Shown piece by piece: positions 27,763 through 37,316 of a stretch of DNA of 64,000 bases. The translations under genes were made by a program, and so were the position numbers. The notes beneath the pieces were generated by a model that did not search any database, was not told the DNA's origin, and saw only the letters and a program-made list of their open reading frames with translations. The stretch's first letter is position 1, and every line of letters starts with the position of its first letter. Origin of the DNA: an uncultured archaeon (GTDB taxonomy: Archaea > Iainarchaeota > Iainarchaeia > Iainarchaeales > VGJJ01); contig CAYRUV010000001.1 in the NCBI GenBank assembly GCA_964427715.1, forward strand, positions 34,552 to 98,551, written 5' to 3'.

Positions 27763-29298
27763 ATGTCAAAGGGTTTCTTCATTTCCTGTGCGATTGACTA
27801 CCCCAACGCCAAGCTGCACATGGGTCACTTATATGAGAAGACCATCGCCGATGCCATTGCGAGAGTCCACCGATTGAACGGAGAAAAAGTCCTCTTCACG
27901 GTGGGAAGCGACGAGCATGGAGAAAAAGTAGAAAAGGCCGCCAAGGCGGCCGGGTACTCCACCACGCAGTACATTGACAATATGGCCATGCAGTTTGGGG
28001 GATTATTTGATCAAGCTCTCATTTCCTATGATCGTTTCATCCGTACGAATGAGCCGGATCACGTCAAGGCGGCGCAGGCGTTCTTCCAAGCGATGTTTGA
28101 CGCGGATGATATCTATCCCGATTTGTATGAGGGGTGGTATTGTGTCTCCGATGAGACGTTCTGGACCGAGAAGGATACTATTCTCAAGGACGATGGGAAA
28201 CGGTATTGTCCCAACACTCATTGTGGGAAGCTCGTTGAGCGTGTGAAGGAAGAATCCTACTTCTTCAAGTGGAGTAATTTCCAAAAGCCCCTAGAAGAAT
28301 GGTATGCGAAAAACCCCTCCAATGTTTTTCCTGATTTTAGGAAGAATGAGATGGAGAATTTCATGAAGAATGGTCTTCATGACATTTCGTTTTCGAGAAA
28401 GTCCATCCAGTGGGGGATTCAAGTCCCGTTCAATCCCGAGCACACCATTTACGTATGGGGAGACGCGCTGGTGAACTACTTGACCGTGTGCGGCTACCCT
28501 GGAAAGTATTCAGACTTTTGGCCTGCCGACATTCACGTGGTGGGTCATGACATCAATCGCTTCCACTCCTTGTTATGGCCGGCCATGCTCCTGAGTGCGA
28601 AGGTCCCCTTGCCCAAGCAAATCCTCGTGCACGGATTCATCAATGATGAGAATGGAGAAAAGATGTCTAAGTCCAAGGGAAATGTAGTCGATCCTGCGAT
28701 TATTCTCCAGAAGTTCGGAATTGAACCTATTCGATACTACCTCTTGCGCGAAGTTCCTCTTGGAAATGACCTCGCGTTTGCGGAAAAGAACCTCATTGAG
28801 CGAAATAACTCCGAATTGGCCGATGGATTGGGGAACCTTGTTTATCGTGTCCTCTCCATGCTCGAGAAGTACTGCAATGGGGTTGTTCCGAAGGTAAAAT
28901 TGGATGCACAAATTCTTGGACAGTCCTCAGTCTCGGCGCAAGAAGCCTACAAGTTATACCTCTCCCATGATCTCCAGAATGCGCTGATTCAGACGTGGAA
29001 AGTGGTGAATGTAGGTAACAAGGCCATCGCAGATTCCGAGCCCTGGAAGAAGATGAAGGAAGGGAAACGAGACGAAGTGGAAGTGTTGCTGGCCACGGAA
29101 GTGGAGTTGTTGCGCCAATTGTCTATTCTGATTCAGCCTGTTTTACCTTTAGCGAGTCAATCAATTTGTGATCAGTTCCATTTTCCCAAGCCACAATTTT
29201 CTCACCTTTCAACGAGTCACGTGCCGAGTGCGCATGCGGTGAAGAAAGGAAGCGTGTTGTTTGTGAAGCGCGATCTTCCATTGGTTGAAGAGAAGTAA
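27763..29298 (+). CDS. metG: methionyl-tRNA synthetase
   Basis: HIGH-like NAKLHMGH, the KMSKS motif (EKMSKSKGN) and C-x2-C zinc knuckles. 511 aa. Confidence 0.9.
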   Translation: MSKGFFISCAIDYPNAKLHMGHLYEKTIADAIARVHRLNGEKVLFTVGSDEHGEKVEKAAKAAGYSTTQYIDNMAMQFGGLFDQALISYDRFIRTNEPDHVKAAQAFFQAMFDADDIYPDLYEGWYCVSDETFWTEKDTILKDDGKRYCPNTHCGKLVERVKEESYFFKWSNFQKPLEEWYAKNPSNVFPDFRKNEMENFMKNGLHDISFSRKSIQWGIQVPFNPEHTIYVWGDALVNYLTVCGYPGKYSDFWPADIHVVGHDINRFHSLLWPAMLLSAKVPLPKQILVHGFINDENGEKMSKSKGNVVDPAIILQKFGIEPIRYYLLREVPLGNDLAFAEKNLIERNNSELADGLGNLVYRVLSMLEKYCNGVVPKVKLDAQILGQSSVSAQEAYKLYLSHDLQNALIQTWKVVNVGNKAIADSEPWKKMKEGKRDEVEVLLATEVELLRQLSILIQPVLPLASQSICDQFHFPKPQFSHLSTSHVPSAHAVKKGSVLFVKRDLPLVEEK

Positions 29299-29304
29299 TT
29301 TTTC

Positions 29305-30948
29305 TTATTCTTGGTCTTCTTTTCGGCTACTCACAAACAACCATCCCAATACGATCAATGCCATGAACACGCTCATCCAGGGGGGTGCATCGGGCACGTT
29401 GAGGGTGGTTTGGGGTTCGAGTACGGTGAATGTTTTGAATGTGGAGTTATTCCCCTTCACGGTTTCATCATCTTCATCAATCGGAATAGTGGTGTCCTCG
29501 AATGGGGTGATGGTGGCGTAGAGTGTATAGGTCTGTCCCGGGGCGAATGCTCCGATGCTGTCGGAGTCAAATTCAATGGTGACCGGTTGTGTAATCTCTG
29601 CGTTGGTTCCGCTTGCGGGGAGGGGGAAAGACACGGGGGTCGTGGCCGGGTTGAATCCGGGTATTTCTTTTCCGTCTCCGTCTCGGATGATTACGTTGAG
29701 TGTCCCGTTCGTGGTCAGGTCGGTTCGCTTATTCTGAATTGTGATGAGTGCATCAAATTGTTTTCCTTCAATGGGGGGGTTGGGTGCGTAGTCGATGTTT
29801 TTGAGAATGAACACGTCTCCTCCGCTTCCGGCGGGTCCGGGTCCTGGGGGTCCGGTTCCGTCGGGGGTGACTTCAAAGTCTAATAGTTGGAAGTTGTTGG
29901 GGTAGAATGCAGAGAGTTCGTTCTTGGCTCCGGAATAGTCGTACACGGAGGGGACGGCGAGGAGTAGGATGCGGTAGTGGGTTCCCGGTTCGAGGCTAGG
30001 CCCCATTGCGGTGGTGTTGTCGGTGTCGATGGTATAGAGGTTGTTGCTCACGGCGACTCCGTCTAGAAAATTTCCTCCTCCCAATAGTTTGTAGTCCACG
30101 GCTGTTACGGTGGGGGTGATGAGTGCGTTGGGTTGGGCGGCGAATAATAGGGCAAGTTCATCTTGGTATTCGCTCACGGTGTCGATGTTGGCACATTGGG
30201 GAGTATTGTCCAAGTCACAGATGGCGGCGACCCATGTGCTTTTGATTACGGAATAGTTGGCCTTGTCGGCGTATCCTTCCACTAAATTGTTGAGGGTGGT
30301 GGCCACGCTCGAGGAGGTTCCTTCCTCAATGTAGGGGATGGGGTCGGCGAGTGTGGTGCTGGGGAATTGGTTGAGTGTCAGGATATCTTTGTCGGTGAAT
30401 CCCCCCGCGCTAGCGTTGTATCCCACGCACAGGGTGAGTGGGTAGTTTTGGGGTATCGCGGTGGGTGATTCGGCGTGGGCGTTGGATGTGGTGGAGATTC
30501 TTGCGATTGAAATGTATCCCGCGGGGCACGCGATGCCTATTCCGTTGACGAATGTAGCGGTGACCGTTCCTGTATTCGCGGTGAGGTTGAGTCGGGTGGG
30601 ATATAGGTTGGGGGATGTTCCTGGCACTTCGATGTGGGCGTTCGTGGGGGTGGCGAGTGGGGATGAAATATGATACAGGGTGTTGAGTCCCTCGGCTCCC
30701 GTGTTGGTGGAGAATGTCACTCCGGGTTCGTTTCCGCAGTAGACGATTTGGGGATAGTTGGGGCATGCGCCCGCGATGGGGAGTTCGACGTGGGCGTTGG
30801 TCGTGTTGGATAAGCAGAGCACCGGGATGTATCCCAGTCCCGCAGGGATGGTGGTTCCTATTCCACAGGTGAATGCGGTTGCATTTCCCCCGAGAATAAT
30901 CACTCCCAAAAATAGGACGAGTGTGAATGGCAAATGGGCCCGTTTCAT
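29305..30948 (-). CDS. cell-surface glycoprotein-like protein with signal peptide, internal repeats and C-terminal TM anchor
   Basis: 547 aa with a signal peptide and a repeated motif NAH(V/I/A)E(L/V/S)P. A GPPGPGPAGSGG linker and many N-x-T/S sequons are present. The C-terminal hydrophobic helix is followed by a charged tail (SRKEDQE). Confidence 0.65.
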   Translation of the reverse strand: MKRAHLPFTLVLFLGVIILGGNATAFTCGIGTTIPAGLGYIPVLCLSNTTNAHVELPIAGACPNYPQIVYCGNEPGVTFSTNTGAEGLNTLYHISSPLATPTNAHIEVPGTSPNLYPTRLNLTANTGTVTATFVNGIGIACPAGYISIARISTTSNAHAESPTAIPQNYPLTLCVGYNASAGGFTDKDILTLNQFPSTTLADPIPYIEEGTSSSVATTLNNLVEGYADKANYSVIKSTWVAAICDLDNTPQCANIDTVSEYQDELALLFAAQPNALITPTVTAVDYKLLGGGNFLDGVAVSNNLYTIDTDNTTAMGPSLEPGTHYRILLLAVPSVYDYSGAKNELSAFYPNNFQLLDFEVTPDGTGPPGPGPAGSGGDVFILKNIDYAPNPPIEGKQFDALITIQNKRTDLTTNGTLNVIIRDGDGKEIPGFNPATTPVSFPLPASGTNAEITQPVTIEFDSDSIGAFAPGQTYTLYATITPFEDTTIPIDEDDETVKGNNSTFKTFTVLEPQTTLNVPDAPPWMSVFMALIVLGWLFVSSRKEDQE

Positions 30949-31022
30949 GGGGCACTAATCTCCCCGCGCTTTATATCCTTTTCTTGGTCGTAAAGCCGGG
31001 CTATTGTCTCATCACTCGGGTT

Positions 31023-31427
31023 TTATCCCGTGGTGGTGGTTCGTTTTCGTAGAATTTTGAAGTTCTGCTCGTAACGGAGGTATTCGACTTCGTCTCCGGA
31101 GGCCAGGTCTTTGATATCGGTGGGCTTAGGGACGTTATACGTCTCATACGTGGCGACGTCCATCAATTGGACTTGTCCGCCCATCACGGCAACTACCTGT
31201 GCGTTGGCGCGATCAACCACGGGTACTTCAGCATCCGCGTGTACCGGGGCCATGAGGTTTCTCTTTTGGTTATCGAATACTCCCACGGCCGTAATTCGGG
31301 CCTTGGCGGCTCCGTGTTTTCCGGGTTTTGATTTTTCCATGGTCTTAATCTGGCACACGAATCCGTCAATCATGACGTATCCGCCCTCTCTCAGGTGTCC
31401 GACATTCGAAAATTTGATTTCACTCAT
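31023..31427 (-). CDS. aif5A: translation initiation factor 5A (aIF-5A)
   Basis: 134 aa with the hypusine-site loop SKPGKHGAAK. Confidence 0.9.
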   Translation of the reverse strand: MSEIKFSNVGHLREGGYVMIDGFVCQIKTMEKSKPGKHGAAKARITAVGVFDNQKRNLMAPVHADAEVPVVDRANAQVVAVMGGQVQLMDVATYETYNVPKPTDIKDLASGDEVEYLRYEQNFKILRKRTTTTG

Positions 31428-31534
31428 GGTTTTCCCTCAATGGTTGAGTTATGCGGGTGCGGATTGTTTTTAAGGAATAGGGGTCCGTCTCGGTCCTTTC
31501 CTCCACACCAACCCTTAATAATCCGCAATTCGTT

Positions 31535-32062
31535 ATGCGACCGTTAAAGGTGGTATTTTCCTTGAATCTCCCCATGGGTGTCTCTCGTATTCTGGCCAAG
31601 AACGTGAAGACGTTCGACTCGAGGCGAGAATTAGAGGACATGGCGGCGTCTTCCTTTTCGGGATACCTTGTCGAGTCTCTTTTTGGGAATGCGGGGGTGG
31701 AGGAATCAGCGTTATTGTTTCGGTATGGTCAGGGGATTGGGGCCACGTACGAGTATTACGGTTCCAAGCAAACCCTCTACGGGGACGCGGCCTTGCCTCA
31801 TGTGATGAATGGGTATTTGGTTGAGAATGGGGTCTTGGACATCATGGAATTATCCACTCAACAAGTGGATTTAGTTACTGCGTTCAATGCCAAGCTAAAA
31901 TTATCCAAGCCCTTGACGAAGGGGCTGTTCAAGCCCTTGGTGAAGGATCATTACGATGCGGCTCTAAGCAAGGTGGTGGCGGCCGCGCAGTATCCCGATC
32001 AGCCGGTGTCGAAGGAGACGTTGTTCAAGAAGTTCGGTCTCGCGGGGATCGATCACAATTGA
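31535..32062 (+). CDS. hypothetical protein, first gene of MinD-like operon
   Basis: 175 aa, co-directional and tightly spaced with downstream genes. No motif identified. Confidence 0.5.
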   Translation: MRPLKVVFSLNLPMGVSRILAKNVKTFDSRRELEDMAASSFSGYLVESLFGNAGVEESALLFRYGQGIGATYEYYGSKQTLYGDAALPHVMNGYLVENGVLDIMELSTQQVDLVTAFNAKLKLSKPLTKGLFKPLVKDHYDAALSKVVAAAQYPDQPVSKETLFKKFGLAGIDHN

Positions 32063-32547
32063 GGAAGATGGGGGAAATGAATATGGTGATGAAAAAGATG
32101 CGCTCATTGGTTCGGGGAATTACTCGAAAGGTGTTGGATGTGGAGGATAATGGTCCTCCTCAGGATCAGATGCACTTATTGAACAACTTCTTGTCTCGCC
32201 ACAAGTTCGAATTGAACACGGCGAGTATTCAAGATCTCATCCAATCGATGAAGAAAAAACATTTAGTGGATTCGATTTGCATTTGTTCTCCGAATGGGAG
32301 TATTGTGATTTCCACGGACGGGAATGATTTTTCTGAGGCAATTATCGGAAGTGCGATGTTCAATTACATCAAGACGGAACTCCCTGAGAGTGAGACCATT
32401 TTAATTAAGGACAAGGAGAATTGGTTCATGGTCTTTCCTCACAATGGAAAGATCTACATCATTCGCGCCGCCTCCGACATGACGCGGGTGGAGCTAAGTG
32501 CATTAGCCAGGGAAATTGAGTCCTTTTTGAAGGCGCATGGGGAGTAG
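32059..32547 (+). CDS. roadblock/LC7 (MglB-like) domain protein with N-terminal extension
   Basis: The C-terminal 110 aa follow the roadblock pattern (VDSICICSPNGSIVISTDG...AIIGSAMFNYIKTEL...ILIKDKENWFMVFPHNGKIYIIRAASDMTRVELSALAREIESF). They are alignable by eye with the roadblock at 59889. Confidence 0.5.
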   Translation: MRKMGEMNMVMKKMRSLVRGITRKVLDVEDNGPPQDQMHLLNNFLSRHKFELNTASIQDLIQSMKKKHLVDSICICSPNGSIVISTDGNDFSEAIIGSAMFNYIKTELPESETILIKDKENWFMVFPHNGKIYIIRAASDMTRVELSALAREIESFLKAHGE

Positions 32548-32623
32548 GGGGGCTTTCCACCCTATCTTTATATGGGTATTCGGCGTTGATGGAGTATTCC
32601 GTGGATTTATTCGGTGAATCACT

Positions 32624-33454
32624 ATGGGTCGAAGCATCACAATCGTTTCTGGGAAGGGCGGGGTCGGTAAGACCTCCATCACGGCCAACCTGGGAATCGC
32701 CCTAGCGCAGCGCGGGGTGTCTGTTTGTTTGGTGGACGCGGATATCGCTATGGCCAATTTGTCCTTGTTGTTGGGGATGCAATCCTCTCCCATCACGTTG
32801 CATGATGTATTGTTAGGCGAGGCTGGGGTTCAGGATGCGATTTATGATGGTCCTTCCGGCCTGAAACTCATTCCCTCGGGTTTGAGTTTGGAGAACTATC
32901 GAAGAGTGGATGCGGATCGACTCGCCAGTGTGATCAAGGCGATTCAGCACAAGTTTGATTTTGTTTTGTTGGATGGTCCCGCAGGGATTGAGAAGTCCGT
33001 GTTGGCTTCCATTGCGGCCACCGAAGAATGTTTGCTCATCGCCACACCCGATTCTCCTTCCATCGCAGACGTGTTGAAAACAAAAATTGTCGCCCAACGC
33101 TTAGGGAGCAAGCCCTTAGGTGTGGTATTGAACATGGTTCATTTTGAGAAGGGGGAAATTTCCAAGGAAGAAGTTTCTCGCATGATGGAGCTTCCCGTGT
33201 ACGCGGCAGTCCCCTACGATGATGAAATGAGACACTCGTTTCAGCGCGACAAAGCCATGCCGGTGATGCTTCGTAATTCGCAAGCCAAATCCGCGGTGGA
33301 AATCCAGCGTCTCGCGGCTCGTTTAGCGGGTCTTCCCGTTCAAATGGAGGAGAAGCACTCCACGGGTTTCTTCGCGGGCATCATGGGCTTCTTCGCCCGA
33401 TTGTTTGGCGGGGGTCACTCAAAAGGGGCCGGCGTAGAAGAGGTCAAAATCTAA
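32624..33454 (+). CDS. minD: MinD/ParA-family P-loop ATPase with C-terminal amphipathic membrane-targeting helix
   Basis: Deviant Walker A SGKGGVGKTS, Walker B FVLLDGPAG and a C-terminal GFFAGIMGFFARLFGG amphipathic helix. Confidence 0.85.
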   Translation: MGRSITIVSGKGGVGKTSITANLGIALAQRGVSVCLVDADIAMANLSLLLGMQSSPITLHDVLLGEAGVQDAIYDGPSGLKLIPSGLSLENYRRVDADRLASVIKAIQHKFDFVLLDGPAGIEKSVLASIAATEECLLIATPDSPSIADVLKTKIVAQRLGSKPLGVVLNMVHFEKGEISKEEVSRMMELPVYAAVPYDDEMRHSFQRDKAMPVMLRNSQAKSAVEIQRLAARLAGLPVQMEEKHSTGFFAGIMGFFARLFGGGHSKGAGVEEVKI

Positions 33455-33466
33455 TCATCACATTTT

Positions 33467-33733
33467 TTGGGTATTCCAAAAAAGGAGCAACAACGTATGA
33501 ATACAAACAATCCCCCTGCCTCTCGTCCTTTCGACTGGTTGAGCGAGAGCTTGAACAAAAATGTCTTAGTGGAATTGAAAGGAAACATGTCGGTTCGCGG
33601 CACCCTCAAAGCGTTTGATGTGCACATGAACGTGGTGTTGGAGAACGCGGAATCGCTCCACAATGGGGAACCCAAGACCAAGTATGGAAAGGTCTTGTTG
33701 CGCGGGGATAATATCCTATTGATTTCTCCGTAA
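33467..33733 (+). CDS. Sm-like archaeal protein (SmAP/LSm)
   Basis: Sm1 motif (VLVELKGNMSVRGTLKAFDVHMNVVLENAE) and Sm2 motif (VLLRGDNILLISP). The start may be the internal Met at 33497. Confidence 0.85.
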   Translation: MGIPKKEQQRMNTNNPPASRPFDWLSESLNKNVLVELKGNMSVRGTLKAFDVHMNVVLENAESLHNGEPKTKYGKVLLRGDNILLISP

Positions 33734-33771
33734 TTGGAATACTATTTATTGTATGGGCTATTGTCTCCTGC

Positions 33772-34527
33772 ATGGGATTCAGTCCTGCCTATCGATTGTG
33801 GGTCCATGGTCTTGGAAAATTGAGGCGACGTCGTTACGCGGCGTATCTCCGTTCTTTGCGTCGGGTCGTGCATTTGACCGATCCCAAGGCCAGTCAGAAA
33901 AGGGCGCGGGTGAATTCGGAAGTATGGAACGAAGAGCGGGGAATGAGCGAACTGACTTATTTTTTTGGGTTGAATGAGAAATCGTTCAAGCGGATGATTG
34001 GGCGCGCAATTCAATCTCGTGGACCAATTCGCGTATTAGATGTTGGTTGCGGGAATGGGCTTTTTTTGAACTGGTTGAAGGAAAATTTCCATTCGAGTGT
34101 TGCTACTACTGGAATTGGAATCAAGCATAAGCCTTCCCTGAAGGGGGTCGACGTCTTCAGGACCACTCCCATTGAACGATTCCTCCAACGTGCGCATTTT
34201 GATTTTATTTTTTCGGTAGAGGGGGCTGTCTATTCGGCCAATCCGGCATTGGCCTTAGAAAATGTCTATCATTCTCTTCGAGTCGGAGGGACTGCATATT
34301 TGAACTTAGGTCGTGCCGGGTGGGATTTTCGTCATGGGATTATGCGTGCCATCCGCAAACAGACGGGGGCGTCCGTTCGGATGGTAGGTCCGGTAACTTT
34401 TGTCATAACGCGAAGATTGGAGTCTCCTGTCGATCTGCATATGTTTTATCCTAAAAAATCGGACCCCTATGCTACACTCAACCGTTCAATCCGAACTCAT
34501 GGGGCTCTTTCGCAGAGAAAAAAATAA
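33772..34527 (+). CDS. class I SAM-dependent methyltransferase
   Basis: Motif I VLDVGCGNG and motif post-I. 251 aa. Confidence 0.65.
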   Translation: MGFSPAYRLWVHGLGKLRRRRYAAYLRSLRRVVHLTDPKASQKRARVNSEVWNEERGMSELTYFFGLNEKSFKRMIGRAIQSRGPIRVLDVGCGNGLFLNWLKENFHSSVATTGIGIKHKPSLKGVDVFRTTPIERFLQRAHFDFIFSVEGAVYSANPALALENVYHSLRVGGTAYLNLGRAGWDFRHGIMRAIRKQTGASVRMVGPVTFVITRRLESPVDLHMFYPKKSDPYATLNRSIRTHGALSQRKK

Positions 34528-34528
34528 G

Positions 34529-34600
34529 TGGACGCTGGGGGATTTGAACCCCCAACCTCTTCCATGCCATGGAAGCGCGCTACCGTTGCGCCAAGCGCCC
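34529..34600 (-). tRNA. tRNA-Ala (GGC)
   Basis: Acceptor GGGCGCU/AGCGUCC with the G3:U70 Ala identity pair. Anticodon stem CTTCC/GGAAG with loop ATGGCAT, T-arm GGGGG-TTCAAAT-CCCCC and discriminator A73. Confidence 0.9.
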
Positions 34601-34898
34601 AACTTTTTCTCCTAGCGGAGAAAAACTTGACTAAAAGAGCGTGTAAGGATACCGAAGTATCCAGACTGCTTTTCAGTAACTATTAGGAGTTGCGGGTCAG
34701 AATCTTTATAAAACGGCTTTTTGCCGTATGGGGTTTCGTCATCCTGGGATAGATAAATGTCGCTTTACAGCCTCCATAAAGCTTTCTCGTAAACTTTCCA
34801 ATAATTTTCCATATAACCATCCCACGTTGAGGGTGGTGTACAAGCCCATTGGTGGGCGGATTGGCTCCTAGCCTGATTCGCTCGGGAGGTGGGTTATT

Positions 34899-35666
34899 AT
34901 GAATGCAAAGAAAGGTCTATTGTCCGTCCTCGCGGTCGGATTTGTGGCTCTCCTCATGGGGGGCTTCGTAGCCGCTTTGGATGCTGGAACCACGCTCAAT
35001 GCGTCGGTCTCTAATGTTCAAGTAGCGGGGAAAGTGGTCTTGGACAAGGTCCAGCCGCGCATCATTCCGTATGGTGATGATGTAGTTGAAGGAAATACTC
35101 GTCGAATCGCCTTGGCTCGATTGAACTCCATCATGGATGTTCGCGATGTCACGCGCGAACGAATGGCTTCCTTGGATGACACGCGTCGTGTTGAGTTTCG
35201 AGAATCGGTTTCTCGGGTTCGCATGGCCATCGCCGACTATCGTAAGGATATGTCGCGAGATGACTTCAAGGGATTTTCCATCAGTCGCTTGCTCAATGCC
35301 AGCGGTCTGACGCAGGAAGAAAAGGATGGATTGAAACAGGTCTACATGGACACGAAGAATTCAACCTCGAAGGAACGCATGAGCTTCATGCTCTCGTCCC
35401 CTGAGGATGACTTTGTGGCCGTGGGAAAATTCTCAGCCGTCCAGACAGAGGATAATTTAGGAGGCACTTTGGTCGGGTTCTCGAACCAAACCAACAAGCG
35501 CTTCTTCGCCATTTGGGGCAACGGGAATATTCTCGGTGTTTCAGACGGTAAAGTCTTCTGGGGAACGTACTGGAATGATGGTTCCGAATCTCGGGCCCAG
35601 AACCAGTTCGAATTGCATAACTTTGCGGGCGATCGAGTAATCGAAGGACATTTCTTCGTTTACTAA
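34899..35666 (+). CDS. secreted/membrane-anchored hypothetical protein
   Basis: 255 aa with an N-terminal signal/TM (LLSVLAVGFVALLMGGFVAA). No known domain. Confidence 0.55.
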   Translation: MNAKKGLLSVLAVGFVALLMGGFVAALDAGTTLNASVSNVQVAGKVVLDKVQPRIIPYGDDVVEGNTRRIALARLNSIMDVRDVTRERMASLDDTRRVEFRESVSRVRMAIADYRKDMSRDDFKGFSISRLLNASGLTQEEKDGLKQVYMDTKNSTSKERMSFMLSSPEDDFVAVGKFSAVQTEDNLGGTLVGFSNQTNKRFFAIWGNGNILGVSDGKVFWGTYWNDGSESRAQNQFELHNFAGDRVIEGHFFVY

Positions 35667-35764
35667 AATCGCTTCCCTTTTCCCGGGGTAATGGGTTGAG
35701 AGGGGAATCGTCTCCTCCTTTCCCCTCTCTTCTATCCTGGGATTTTCTCATTTCTCGTTTGTGT

Positions 35765-37267
35765 TTATTTTCCAAACAACCCAAATCCTTGCTTCGTGTC
35801 CTTGGGTGCGTTGGGCGCGGGGGTGCTGGGTTGGGGGGTATTGGCTTGTTTGATTTGGTCCATTTGGGTTTTCCATTGAGCAATGAGTTCGGATAACTGG
35901 CTCACGACTTGGTCTAATTGTTTAGTGCGTGTTTCCAATACGCTCATCTTCTGGTCGGCTTTCCCTTCGAAGTCGTCTAATTTTTGTTTGTAGGTCTTAA
36001 TCTGGTCTTCTCTCTCCAGGTTGGCCTTCTTGATGGTCTCGAGCAATTGTTTCGTGTACGCGTCTACATTCTGGAGCTTGGTTTCAGCTTCCACGAGTTT
36101 TTGTCCTAACTCTCGTTGCGTGGAGGCCATGTCGGCGGCTTGATCTTCGACTTTCTTGAAGAAGTCTTTCTCTTTCATGGAGACAATGGTTTCCATCTTG
36201 TTGTTCACAATCTTGTCGACGTCCATCATTTTCTTGTTCAATGTTTCGTCCATCTCGGTGTTTTTCTTGGACAGCATTCCTTCGAGTTCCATCTTCGTTT
36301 TCTTCATCTCCGCGTTCATGGTGATGAATTCCTGCATCGTGGATTGGATGTCTTTTGAGGCCAAGTCGGCGCCGAGTTTTTTCAATTGAACGATCTCGTC
36401 GCGTATTTCTTCTCGCAGGTCCTTGACTTTGCTTTCCAGGATGGCGTTGGCTTGGGTTTCCATCTGGTCGGCCAATCCTTGGGTGATTTTTTGTTCAATC
36501 TCTAGTGTTTTCGTGGCGCGCTGCTCGACTTCGGATACTCGATCATCGGTTCGGTTGACTAATTCGTCGACTTTCTCTTCGAGTTTTTCCAACTTCTGTG
36601 TGGCATCATCCACGATCATTCGTCTCGTTTCGTCGAGCTGGGTGGATTTGGTGGTAATGTCTCCCATGAGCTCTTGGATGATCATCTTTTGTCCCTTAAT
36701 GCGTTGCAAATCTTCTTGCGTGGCGGTGTTCAATCGTCTTATTTCCTCAATCTTCTGGTTGAGGATCTCGTCCATGTCCTTGACCTTCGCATCCATCTGC
36801 GCGTCCATTTTGAATCGGAATAGTTCGCGTTGTGCCTCGAAGAGGGCTTCGAGTTTTTTCTCCATGACCTGGTAGTGCTCATTCACTTTGGTTTCGAGCA
36901 CGTCATCGATTTCTTTCTTTAGTCTTTCCATCTGGGCGAGTTTGCTATCGACTGTTTGCAATATTCCTTTTTCCCAGAGTTTAGCAATCGAAGTGTCGGG
37001 TTGAGGGGCCTGGTACGTGGGTTGCGGGTCCGGTCGAGGGGGTGTACTCGCGGGGCTGGTTTGAGTGATCGTCCTTCGTGAGGTAGGCGTTTCTAGTCCG
37101 GGTAACTCCGAGGGTGTGATTTCTTTGCTCGTGGCCTGTCGCACCCACCTCTCGGCTTGGGCGCGGGGGATGTTCATTCCTTCGAGTTCCGTGAGGAGTT
37201 CTTCATCATTGAGTCCCATGTCCCTTAGCTTGCGTATGTTAGCGAGGATGGCATCCTGGTTGGGCAT
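35765..37267 (-). CDS. long coiled-coil protein with Pro/Thr-rich linker and small N-terminal helical domain
   Basis: 500 aa with heptad-rich E/K/Q/L composition over about 380 aa. It has a PT-rich segment and a C-terminal GFGLFGK. Confidence 0.65.
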   Translation of the reverse strand: MPNQDAILANIRKLRDMGLNDEELLTELEGMNIPRAQAERWVRQATSKEITPSELPGLETPTSRRTITQTSPASTPPRPDPQPTYQAPQPDTSIAKLWEKGILQTVDSKLAQMERLKKEIDDVLETKVNEHYQVMEKKLEALFEAQRELFRFKMDAQMDAKVKDMDEILNQKIEEIRRLNTATQEDLQRIKGQKMIIQELMGDITTKSTQLDETRRMIVDDATQKLEKLEEKVDELVNRTDDRVSEVEQRATKTLEIEQKITQGLADQMETQANAILESKVKDLREEIRDEIVQLKKLGADLASKDIQSTMQEFITMNAEMKKTKMELEGMLSKKNTEMDETLNKKMMDVDKIVNNKMETIVSMKEKDFFKKVEDQAADMASTQRELGQKLVEAETKLQNVDAYTKQLLETIKKANLEREDQIKTYKQKLDDFEGKADQKMSVLETRTKQLDQVVSQLSELIAQWKTQMDQIKQANTPQPSTPAPNAPKDTKQGFGLFGK

Positions 37268-37316
37268 ACCATAGTTGAAAATTCCCTGGAATAAAAGCCC
37301 TGCTCCGGGGTTTGGC

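Noticed and set aside
34601-34898. Possible ncRNA (SRP RNA or RNase P RNA) in the 300-bp ORF-free spacer
   Set aside because: No recognisable conserved SRP or RNase P RNA motifs could be found by eye, so it is more likely the promoter and 5' leader of the downstream secreted-protein gene. It remains unverified without a covariance-model search.
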